In this document: positions 22,383 to 32,341 of the stretch, piece after piece | Layout of the letters: each line of letters starts with the position of its first letter | Numbering within the stretch: position 1 is the stretch's first letter | Assembly: GCF_001194135.2 (NCBI RefSeq) | Contig: NC_069002.1 | Location: forward strand, 4,144,090 to 4,183,283 | Direction: 5' to 3' | Source of the DNA: Octopus bimaculoides | Lineage: Eukaryota | Length of the DNA stretch: 39,194 nucleotides | The notes under the pieces: model-generated | What the model was told of the DNA's origin: nothing | Database searches by the model: none | What the model saw: only the letters and a program-made list of their open reading frames with translations | Made by a program: the position numbers and the translations under genes

Positions 22383-22625
22383 GTGTGTGTGTGTGCGTGT
22401 GCGTGTGCGTGTGCGCATGTGTGTGTGACAATTAGTTGGTTGTCATAATAAAACTCAGAGTTTCGGATACCAGGGCTGAAGTCTGCTCCGGCATCTCATC
22501 AGTTATTAAGACAAAATGCCGGAGCAGACTTCAGCCCTGGTATCCGAAACTTATGACAACCAACTAATTGTCACACACACATGCGCACACGCACACGCAC
22601 ACGCACACACACACACACACACACA
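22374..22625. repeat. Near-perfect fold-back inverted duplication
   Basis: 22460-22494 is the exact reverse complement of 22516-22550 (35 bp); outer arms 22379-22448 and 22551-22620 also match; 11-nt bulge at 22449-22459; 21-nt loop. Confidence 0.95.
22440..22514 (-). ncRNA. Type I hammerhead ribozyme (Penelope-like or retrozyme type)
   Basis: UUGUCUUAAUAA-CUGAUGA-GAUGCCGG(AGCAGACUUCAGCC)CUGGUAUCC-GAAA-CUCUGAG-UU-UUAUUAUGACAA: intact CUGAUGA and GAAA core, 11-bp stem I with one U.U, 8-bp stem II with one bulged C, palindromic stem III, GUU triplet. Confidence 0.8.
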
Positions 22626-22863
22626 GAAAAAAAATGGTTATGGCAAGAGAGAATAGACATCTATAGATGAGCAATAGGATATTGTATGCACTGGAAATCT
22701 AGGAGTGAAGCTGAAATGGGACAAGGATGTGACGTATGGAAAAGGACAACTGAATATAGAACAACTCTTGAGAGCCATGGAAACCAGAATCAGCATAATT
22801 TTGGTGCTTTTAAATTCCAAAGATTTTCAATTCCAAGACACTACTCTTCTAGTTGCACCAGTG

Positions 22864-22922
<59 letters not shown>

Positions 22923-23619
22923 GCTTTATATCAGACAAATGACAGAGGAGTGCTCAATACATGTAGATGATGTGCATTTTTTTTTTTTTTATTGAAACGA
23001 AGGGTTTGTCCCACGACTTCAGTTTCATTTGTGCCACTGCAACCTTATTTTGAATGTCAGGGCTGACCTAGGGCTAAACTACTACAAGGTATTAAAATAA
23101 TTTTTTTTTTTTAATCAGTAAAATAATGGTTTTGGGGGTAGAGAAAAAGATTTTTAAATCACAGAATTCTCTATTTCTCATGACAAATGATTAATCATTT
23201 TGTTAAAACTTTATTCAATTGACCAAAATAATGAGGGACACTACATGGTTGTACAACCTACAAGAAATAACACCAAGACTTCCCTCAACTCACTTTATCT
23301 AAAAAAAAGTAGAGGGCCACATTGAATAATGCAAGCTTAGACAAACTATGTCTGGAAAAAAACAAGAGGGGACAGTCATGGTTGGAACTTTGGACTAAAA
23401 AAACAACTCCAATCAACTGATTGCATCATGCACAAACTACCATTAATTTCATTGAGTTCATTTATGTTCAGTTTCCCCACAAACTCCATCTTTTTAGCAT
23501 TCCACCTTCCTAAAAAGATGCCCTTTTTGTCGTTTCATTTCTTATTCTAATATTCTCCAGAAAAGCAAAAATAACAGTATTTTCTTCAAATATATTGCAT
23601 CATTATCCACTGTCTTTTA

Positions 23620-23699
23620 TACACACACACATACATATATATATATACATATATATACATATACACACACATATACATACATATACACACACACACACA

Positions 23700-23731
<32 letters not shown>

Positions 23732-23765
23732 CATATATATACATACATATATACACACACACACA

Positions 23766-23859
<94 letters not shown>

Positions 23860-23897
23860 TATACATATATATATATATATACACACACATATACATA
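23620..23897. repeat. Compound TA/CA microsatellite
   Basis: Directly visible. Confidence 0.95.
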
Positions 23898-24018
23898 CAG
23901 ATTGTCCACAAAGTCTGGGTACATGGATATTAGCACATACTTTAAGAAATTATTTCTTATATTTAATTGTTTATGTTATGATTTTATTTACTCCATGTAC
24001 CCAGACCTTGTGGACACC

Positions 24019-24021
<3 letters not shown>
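23898..24021. mobile_element. Tc1/mariner-type MITE, 124 bp, about 29-bp TIRs, TA flanks
   Basis: TA|CAGATTGTCCACAAAGTCTGGGTACATGG ... CCATGTACCCAGACCTTGTGGACACCCTG|TA. Confidence 0.85.
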
Positions 24022-24062
<41 letters not shown>

Positions 24063-24519
24063 ATGCACAGACACACAGGTTTGGGTGAAGAAATAGAAAA
24101 ACTATTCAATGCATGTAGCAATATTTATTTATTTGTTCCAAGCTGATAACTCCACCGTTTCTACTCAGTTTTTCCCCCTGATCAGAAACTCAATACCCAC
24201 AGACTGAATTACCAGCTTTGACAGGATATGTGTGTGTGTGTGTCGGGGTGGGGGAATGAGTAAGAGAGAAAAAGAAATAGAGAAGGTGCATGCGTGCGTG
24301 ACGGAGCAAGATCGTTTTAATGCTGGGTGCTCTTTATCACAATAAAAACGGGTGTCACCTCTGCTGTATGTCATATATCGTACACGTATATAAACACTCC
24401 TACACAGTTGTAGTACAAATATATAGATTTATGCATACATATACACACACAGTGTGTGTGTGTGTGTGGGGGGGGGGCGTATATGTGTTTCAGAACTATA
24501 GTTTTAAAAGGCGCGTGGA

Positions 24520-24798
24520 TTAGTGGTTAGATTACTTGTTTCACGATTGTAAGGTTACGAGTTCGATTCCTGGCGGTGCGTTGTGTCCCCGAGAAAGATA
24601 TTTTATCTCAGCTGCCAAAAATGAGTAATACCTGTATTTCAAAGGGCCAGCCTTGTCACACAGAATCTCCCTGAGAACTATGTTAAGGGTACGCACGCCT
24701 GTGGAGTACTTGGCCACTTGCATGTTAATTTTACGAGCAGGCTGTTCCGTTGATCGGATCAACTGGAACACACGTCGTCGAAAGTGACGGAGAGCCAG
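24520..24798 (+). mobile_element. SINE family C copy (same 3' type as 2060-2476)
   Basis: TAGTGGTTAG..GAGTTCGATTCC head; GAATCTCCCTGAGAACT..GCAGGCTGTTCCGTTGATCGGATCAACTGGAAC. Confidence 0.8.
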
Positions 24799-24878
24799 AA
24801 AGTTTTAACAGCGCCATACTAACTGTATCTGGCGATTACGTTAAGGCTTCCACTGAGAAAATACAGTCATTTACTTAC

Positions 24879-25030
24879 ACACTGATCAGGTTACACGAAT
24901 TAATTTCCAATGCAAAATGAGTACCTTTTACAGAAGTATTCCTAAAGGCTGGGGATCCCAGCCCCGTTTTTGCATCATGGTCCGGTTTCATGTAAAACAA
25001 CTTTTCCGTGAACTGGGGTAACGCGCGCAT
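24879..25030 (-). CDS. Weak exon candidate (MRALPQFTEKLFYMKPDHDAKTGLGSPAFRNTSVKGTHFALEINSCNLIS)
   Basis: Open frame in unique CpG-containing DNA ending at a perfect GTAAGT donor (24878-24873); no homology recognised. Confidence 0.2.
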
Positions 25031-25616
25031 ATCAGAACACAATAAAGCGCATAATATATAATTTAATAATTACATAATACATATTTAATGCAAAAACACT
25101 CTGAGGAGCAATGGACAATAAAATGAAAATAAAATTTGGAAAATTAGAAGCTTTATTGTTTCTATGCTGCTTGGTAACAATTAATGATCCATCGTCCGCG
25201 AATCGATAGTTGGCGACAACCGGCCTTAAGGGACGCTCAAAGTAATAATTAGATAGTGTGTCTATCTGAATAAGACGAGCAGAGTAACGTACCTTGTGTC
25301 TAGGGGTACATAACTCTAGTTGTCTTTAAAAAGGCAGGTTAAAAACTCGGCCCTTGAGGGGAAAAACCTTACAACGTGATCTCGAAATAAATTCGCAAAT
25401 TTGAATTACAGTTTATTCAAATTTACAAACTCTTGATGTATAAAGCAGATGAATTCTGTTACAAATGGAAGACTAACAGACAAGTTTGGTAAAACATACC
25501 ACTATTACCAGTACTTATATATTTTATATCACGTTTGGGTAAGAATACCATCGATGGTTATAGGTTTTGAAAGAGTTAACCACTGGTTTATTGCATTTAC
25601 AATGGTAAAAGTGGTG

Positions 25617-25755
25617 GAGAAGGATCTGTGCAGCAGCTTTGGCGGGACAAATACCATACTCAGGGCTACAGTGGACAACATTCATTCAAGGTGCCACGCA
25701 GTGGGACTGAACCCAGAAGCATGCGGTTGGGAAGCAAACTTCTTACAACACATCC
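25617..25755 (-). mobile_element. SINE family B head fragment
   Basis: CAAGGTGCCACGCAGTGGGACTGAACCC..GGTTGGGAAGCAAACTTCTTAC. Confidence 0.8.
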
Positions 25756-25782
25756 ATCATTAACACCATCATCATAATCATC

Positions 25783-25990
25783 GTCGTCGCTTAGCGTCCG
25801 CCTCCCATACTGTCATGGGTTGGACGGTTTGACAGGAGCCGGCTAGATAGAAGACTACATCAAGTTACTGTGTCTGTTTTTGTACGGATTTGATGGCTGG
25901 ATGCTCTTCCTAACACCAACCACTGCACAGAGTGGAAGGAGTGCTTTTTACGTGGCATCAGCTCAAGCGAGGCCAGTTTTAGCATGGTTT
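25783..25990 (+). mobile_element. Repeat family F copy
   Basis: TTAGCGTCCG..CATGGGTTGGACGGTTTGACAGG..GGCTGGATGCTCTTCCTAACACCAACCAC. Confidence 0.75.
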
Positions 25991-25996
25991 TTACAG

Positions 25997-26031
<35 letters not shown>

Positions 26032-26240
26032 CAGAAGAGACCCAAGAAGACATGGGATGGTGAGGACTAATCTCAGGATGCCGGGTCTCATGGAGGAGAT
26101 GACAATAGACCAAGATGTCTGGCAATATNNNNNNNNNNNNNNNNNNNNNNNNNNGGGGGGGGGGGGTTCTTGAGAAGACCCACCCACTTCAGTGAAACTG
26201 AATTCTAGAAGTGCTGTGGGTTCCACCCATATGTAACAAC
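26032..26240 (+). mobile_element. RTE-clade LINE extreme 3' fragment, spans a gap
   Basis: RPKKTWD then, frameshifted, VRTNLRMPGLMEEMTIDQDVW, matching the RTE C-terminal GRPKKTW..DR..W motif. Confidence 0.65.
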
Positions 26241-26301
26241 AATAAAACTTTTCCCCACACCCTACCCCAACAAACCAAACCACATCTCTCCTCTCCTTCC
26301 C

Positions 26302-26831
26302 CTTCCGTGAAATCTGGCTTTGTGCAGTTCCCGGTGAACAGTTTTTGTGGAAACTGGGTTCTCGAGGTGGTCATTTAGCTCTGCAGTAATTTTGGGAGCT
26401 GTATTTTTGTGATCCTTTCTAATAATTTATGTAAGAGTCCGACGGTCCCTATCTGAAAGTTTTGGTTTTCTTCCGGAGTTTTGTTTCAATGAGGAGGTTT
26501 TTCCCTCTTTCTCAAAGGCTGTCATTACTTTCGAGACTGTAATTCTTGATACACCAAACATTTCAGCTGTTTGCATTATGCTAGCACCTGCCGTACGAGC
26601 ACCAACAATTTGACCTCTTTGAAAGTCCAATAGATCTGTTATTTTAATGAATTTTAATTACCTTTTTCTTATGATATCCAAAATGAAACAGCAATTTTAG
26701 CAAAACATATCAAGCAACACTAATAATAAATCAAAAAACATAAAAATAAACAAGCTTTTGATGGTTTTATAGATATTTCAAAATTATGATGCTATGATGC
26801 TAGGTGTTTCCATTATTTTGTCCAACCCCTG
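26302..26831 (-). mobile_element. Tc1-family transposon, 5' half: left TIR plus pseudogenised transposase DNA-binding domain
   Basis: TA|CAGGGGTTGGACAAAATAATGGAAACACC terminus at 26831; translation from 26643 ITDLLDFQRGQIVGARTAGASIMQTAEMFGVSRITVSKVMTAFEKEGKTSSLKQNSGRKPKLSDRDRRTLT*IIRKDHKNTAPKITAELNDHLENPVSTKTVHRELHKARFHGR; no DDE domain or right TIR. Confidence 0.9.
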
Positions 26832-26865
<34 letters not shown>

Positions 26866-27142
26866 CATACACACATACATATACATACATGATGAATATA
26901 TGCAAGATCTATAATAAAGATGTAATTTTCTCTCTATGCATATTTTGTTGTCAAATACTCTGAATTTCTCAGAATTCTGCCAAAGGATATTTGCATTTAC
27001 CTGTCATGTATAAGGATTTACCTGGGATGTATTCTACTTATTTTTACTAGTGTCTAATTGTTGAACATTGGTAACCAAATTCTTTTAATACTGAGTACTT
27101 TATTGATATCTGCCAGGATTTTTTAATCCATTTTTTTCTTCT

Positions 27143-27190
<48 letters not shown>

Positions 27191-27649
27191 ATTTGTATTT
27201 ACAAACTACAGGAAAAAGGGAAAAAAAATCAATTCGATACAAGAAACAGCAGAATATACAAATATGACAATATACTTCGAAGGTGAAACTTCAGAAATTC
27301 AAAACTACCTCTTTCATCGTATTTCCATTCCACAGCTACATGAAGAAAGGAAATATGAATCTTGTAGTTTGAAGTGTAAGCTTCAAGGAGCAAAAGAAAA
27401 AAAAAAAAAAACCGGTAAACCACGCATGTCTGTTCGTGTGAATACATTTATGAGAACAATGCTGTAACACTCACCCACCTTTCCATATTTAGAAGGAAAA
27501 ATGAGACACAGAATTCTTGCAATCTTCCTGTTTGGTTTCCAGTTTCTCACCACAAAATGTTCCGAGACTAAATTGGCTTCCTTCCTACTCTTACCGATTC
27601 CATTTCCATAGCTTATACTCCCAGCACTTCTTTCTTTTACATCAATCTA

Positions 27650-27651
<2 letters not shown>

Positions 27652-27714
<63 letters not shown>

Positions 27715-27975
27715 CACACATGTATACAAACATATACATACATATATATACATACACATATGTATAAACACACACATATACACATACATACACATGTATA
27801 CAAACATATATATACATATATGTGTGTATATATACACACACACGAGATATATATCTCCCCTCTACAACATCTTCATACAATATACTCCAACTAGTCCTTT
27901 CTTCTACATCTATCTATCTATCTATATTATATATATATATATATATATACATACACACACACACACACACACACC
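27652..27975. repeat. Compound TA/CA/CATA microsatellite
   Basis: Directly visible. Confidence 0.9.
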
Positions 27976-28943
27976 ATATACTCCCACCACCACCTTCAAC
28001 ATCTTTATATCATATACTCCCACTACTTCCCTCTGCAACATCTTTTCCTCCCACTCCTTTTCTCTCAATTGTCTATGTTTGATATTAGATGTAATTATAA
28101 AGTCTGTTGTTCTGGTCAATGTGTAAACACACACATACACACACACGTATTTATGAACCCACCCACACCCATCTACACAAACACAACCACACATATGCAC
28201 ACATACACATATATATGCAGCCACACACACACGTGTGTGTGTGTGTGTATATATGCTGCCGTACACACACAAACGTACATATACAGTCTCACACACACAC
28301 ACACACACACACATATGGTTCTCCCCCCCCCACACAAACTGCACTAACTGCTGCCTTAGTTATAGATACAAAATAATTGACATACTTTTATCTCCTGTTC
28401 TCCACTACTGCCGCCACCACCTCCCCTCAATGTCTCATGTATCCCCCCCCCACCTCTCTTGTATTATTCCCTGCTCCCAAAATTGAACCCAATCTCCCAA
28501 AAGGAATCTGTTACACAGTTGCTCTTGCTAGAAATAGCAGCCAAATCTCCTGCAAATCACACACATTATTGTCTTAGAAAGAGAAATGACACACATTGGA
28601 ATAACACATAATCCACTGCTTGTAACCAAGAAAATAAGATCAAGATGGGAGAGTCATGGATGGAATTTAAATCTGCTCAAACAGGATTGACCTTGGCTAA
28701 AAAACATCAACCTCACCTGGCTTGTCAAATTAAATGAAAAGTTTAAAATCAAACATTTATTATTCTGAGATGCATCAATGCTTTAAATTCAAATTTTCTA
28801 AGCTGTGAACGTGTGTGTGTGTGTGTGATGGATATGTGGGTGTTTTGAAAATACCTTACAGAACGACTGTGCCCTGCATAGTTAGGGGTTGCCCTTTGGC
28901 AAGGCATAGCACCTTTTCAGCGACCCTGCCAGAGATACGGTGA

Positions 28944-29495
28944 AGTCATGGGACTGCAACATGGCGGATTGTGAAGTGGCAGTAGAAGAGCTCCACTGAG
29001 CCAATGGTGATTCTTACATTGATTCTGAGAGGAAGAATCTTGGATGATTAATGGTCAGGATCACCAAGCTCTATCAAGAGAGTAACTGCAATGTTTCCAT
29101 TGGGGGGGTGGGGGTGGCCATGGTTGTGGAATCGGTTGATGAAAGACTCATTATAATTGAAGCTCCCAATTCAAATTCATTGTAATGGAAATGGTTGGTG
29201 AGAGAGAGTCATGGGAACCCATGAAAGCAGGATGGTGGATTGTGAAGAGGAAGCGAAAGAGCTCAACTGAGCCAACTGTGAGTCTTACATTGATGCTGAG
29301 TCGAGGAATCCTGGAAGATCAACGATCAGGATCACTAAGTTCAATCAAGGGAGTAACTGTAATACATCCATAGGGACAACATCCATGGTTGTGTAATCAG
29401 CTAATAAAAGATTCACTATGGCTCAAGGTCCCAATTTGAATTCATAATAATGGAATTGGATGGCTGTAGAGAGTCATGGGAATCCATGAAAGCAG
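28944..29495. repeat. Diverged tandem repeat, about 264-bp unit, two copies plus a partial third
   Basis: AGTCATGGGA landmark at 28944, 29207 and 29472; colinear internal matches (GGATTGTGAAG..GAGCTC.ACTGAGCCAA, TCAGGATCAC.AAG, CCATGGTTGTG, CCCAATT..AATTCAT). Confidence 0.85.
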
Positions 29496-29864
29496 TGCAA
29501 CCAAGAAATAAAGTAGAATTAGAAAAAGAAAGTCCTTGCCAATGTCTAATCAACGAATCGTAATTCTACAAGAAGCTGGAACTTCAAAAATAGTTACCAA
29601 AATTTCCCATTTCCAATCTCCATGATGAACGATAGCCATGGTAACCAAAAATGCAGTAATATTGATGGTGCTAAATGTAGTAGTAGTAGTAGTGGCTTTC
29701 TATAAATACCTTCACAACAGTCTTATTACATCCTCTTATCCTCGGTTCCATTCTCCTATGAGTACATGTACCCTCCCTCCCTCCTCCCTCTCGCTTTCTC
29801 TAGTCTCTCCTCAAGTGAGTCTAGTAACCATGGTAACAATACTGGCCATAATTGCATTGCTACA

Positions 29865-30205
29865 TCATGTAGCAATATTGGTGGTGGTGGTGGTGATGTT
29901 AGTGGAGGTGGTAGTAGTAGTAGTGGATGTAAAGATAATACTCTTGGTGGTGGTGGTGGTGGTAGCAGTTGTGGTCAATGTGGTAGTAGTAGGTGTGGTG
30001 GTATTGGTTGTGGTGTTGGTAGTAGTAGCTATGGTGGTGAATGCAGTTGTAAGTGTGGTGGTTGCAGTAGCAATAGTTGTGGTATTGGTGGCAGTGGTTG
30101 TGGAAGGAGTAGTTGTGATGGTGGTGGTGGTGGTGGTGCCAGCGGTCATAGTATGTAGTGGTGGTGAATATGGTGGCAGGAGTAGTAGTAGTTGTGGTGG
30201 TAGCA
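29865..30205. repeat. GTG/GTA/GTT trinucleotide field
   Basis: Directly visible; explains the poly-V, poly-G/S and poly-T ORFs. Confidence 0.9.
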
Positions 30206-30315
30206 GCAATATAAAAAAAGTGTGTAGGTATTTGGAGTAGAGAAACTGCATATTAGGTTACACCCTACAGCAGGGACCTGATTGATGCGAGTGTCTGTCG
30301 GGTGTAAGTGTGTGT

Positions 30316-30392
30316 GTGCACATGTGGTGAGTGTGCACATGTGGTGAGTGTGCACATGTGGTGAGTGTGCACATGTGGTGAGTGTGCACATG
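30316..30392. repeat. 17-bp minisatellite GTGCACATGTGGTGAGT x4.5
   Basis: Exact units at 30316, 30333, 30350 and 30367. Confidence 0.95.
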
Positions 30393-30447
30393 GGTGTGTG
30401 GTAAGCATGTGGAGTGCGTGAGAGTGGTGTGTGAGCATGTGAGGTGA

Positions 30448-30480
<33 letters not shown>

Positions 30481-30492
30481 CATGGTGTGCAT

Positions 30493-30561
30493 GTGCGTAG
30501 GCTTTGTGTATGTGTGCGTAGGCTTTGTGTATGTGTGCGTAGGCTTTGTGTATGTGTGCGT
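30493..30561. repeat. 21-bp minisatellite GTGCGTAGGCTTTGTGTATGT x3.3
   Basis: Exact units at 30493, 30514 and 30535. Confidence 0.95.
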
Positions 30562-30664
30562 GGTATGCGTGTAGTCTTTGTGCACACGTATGTATGTGTA
30601 AATTTCTAAAATAAAATTAAGAATTAAAAGGAAAAACACTAATTCCTTTGTTTTTTTGTGTGTC

Positions 30665-30810
30665 ATCATTATCATTTAACATCTGTTGTCCATGCTGACA
30701 TGGATTGGACAGTTTGACCAGGGCTGGCCAGCTGGAGGGCTGTGCCAGGTTCCAGTCTGATCTGGCATGGTTTCTACAACTGGATGCCCTTCCAAACACC
30801 AACCACTTCT
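30665..30810 (+). mobile_element. Repeat family F copy
   Basis: CATTTAACATC..CATGCTGACATGGATTGGACAGTTTGACC..CTGGATGCCCTTCCAAACACCAACCAC. Confidence 0.75.
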
Positions 30811-31923
30811 GCTTTTTAATTAACAAGAAATATTTTTAAAAGTTTAATGAAAATACTTTACGAAAATAATATAAATCCAGTCAAAATCTATTGATATAAT
30901 CAAAACATTTAATGTGACACATGTTTGGTGAATTCTAATTATTGCATCACTATTTGACTGGAAATTAGTGAGTTTCAGCTTTAAATTACCGCGCTCTTCA
31001 AAATTCAGTTTGCTCATAATTCAAAGCCCTTAGAGATCAAAATCGTTTCTGGTGTTTATTGATCTCTCAGATTGTCGCATAGACACCAAACCCTCCAAGG
31101 GTCAATAGAGACCGCTTTGCAAACTCCTATTATAGACCAACACACCTTGCCACGGAAAATATTAAACTACTGACACGATCAGCTATATAAACAATTGACG
31201 TCAACAAATAGTCATGTTTCTAACGTATTGGTGTAGAAAGAAAGGTTATATCTCAGAGGGGAAAATCCAACACAACTCGCACTTTTCTCAATAAATGAAT
31301 AAACAAATAAAACAAACTGAAAATGTGATTTGGATAATCGCCACTGAAGTATAGATTTATTTTCATTATTGACAATTCTAATAGAAAATTCTATTACTTT
31401 TTTTTTCTTAAAAATTCTATTTTTTTAAAAATTACAGAGTGAGATACAGTGAAATCCCACCGGAATAAAGAAAAAAAAAAGTAAATTTTTTTGTCTTTTC
31501 ATAAACTAAAACATTTGACTTTTTTAAATGATATTATAATTGAGTCTCCTGACACCCTTTAATTTCCCCGGTTCTCTCGTGATATTTTTAAGAAATACAA
31601 CCGGAGTTTGAATATTTTATCTGCTTTCTCATTTTATAATGTCAACATCTATGGCAACTCCCAATATATACAATACTGGTGTCTACAGCTCCCGGTTGTT
31701 TTCAATTTTCAAGTACAATTTTGACATTTAAAGTGCAATATCGATTTTTGGCACCAAATAAAATTTACTGAGTCAAAGAGGCAAACTCTGTACATGGTTT
31801 CTAGAACTTGCTACGTGGTACTCAATACCAAGTTGTATTCAGTAACAGATTGACTCAGTTCCTCGTGTTACGTAAGGTTTCATGGACACAAAGAATAAGC
31901 GCAATGAAAAAACCTTGGACACA

Positions 31924-32096
31924 TAGGTGCAGGCGTAGCTGTGTGGTAAGAAGCTTGCTTACCAACCACATGGCTCTGGGCAAGTGTCTTCTACCACAAC
32001 CTCGGGCCGACCAAAGCCTTGTGAGTGGATTTGGTAGATGGAAACTGAAAGAAGCCTGNNNNNNNNNNCTAAAACAAATAAAAGAATAAAAGAATA
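31924..32096 (+). mobile_element. SINE family B with head, internal deletion and 10-N gap
   Basis: AGGTGCAGGCGTAGCTGTGTGGTAAGAAGCTTGCTTACCAACCACATGG..CAAAGCCTTGTGAGTGGATTTGGTAG. Confidence 0.9.
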
Positions 32097-32308
32097 TGGA
32101 CAGACTGACAGACCGACACACACACACACAAGTACTGAAGTACATCACTGAGATAAGGAATATTAAAATAGTAGTTGCTTGTGTAATAGGCCAGGAAAAT
32201 TTTAATTAAATTCTCACCTATGGTATTGAAAACCATTATCTTAATAAATAATTCAGTTAAAACAACTCACCACTAACACAGCAACCCACACACACATATA
32301 TATGTGTA

Positions 32309-32341
<33 letters not shown>

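Noticed and set aside
22686-22995. Two overlapping + ORFs beside the fold-back as a Penelope or LINE ORF remnant
   Set aside because: No RT or GIY-YIG motif is recognisable; flanking stops occur in all frames. Worth including in a BLASTX but not called.
27230-27650. Minus-strand exon candidates (AVEWKYDER; IDVKERSAGSISYGNGI; GTFCGEKL)
   Set aside because: Several competing donors and frames, short matches only, and nothing to choose among them.
28944-30561. CRISPR-like arrays
   Set aside because: The repeats are head-to-tail with no unique spacers, and the DNA is eukaryotic.
31195-31260. Minus-strand CUGAGA..GAAACAUGAC
   Set aside because: The core is one base short, with no valid stem III, NUH triplet or stem I.
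9122-32000. tRNA genes at SINE heads
   Set aside because: A- and B-box-like motifs run straight into SINE bodies; no complete cloverleaf could be built.
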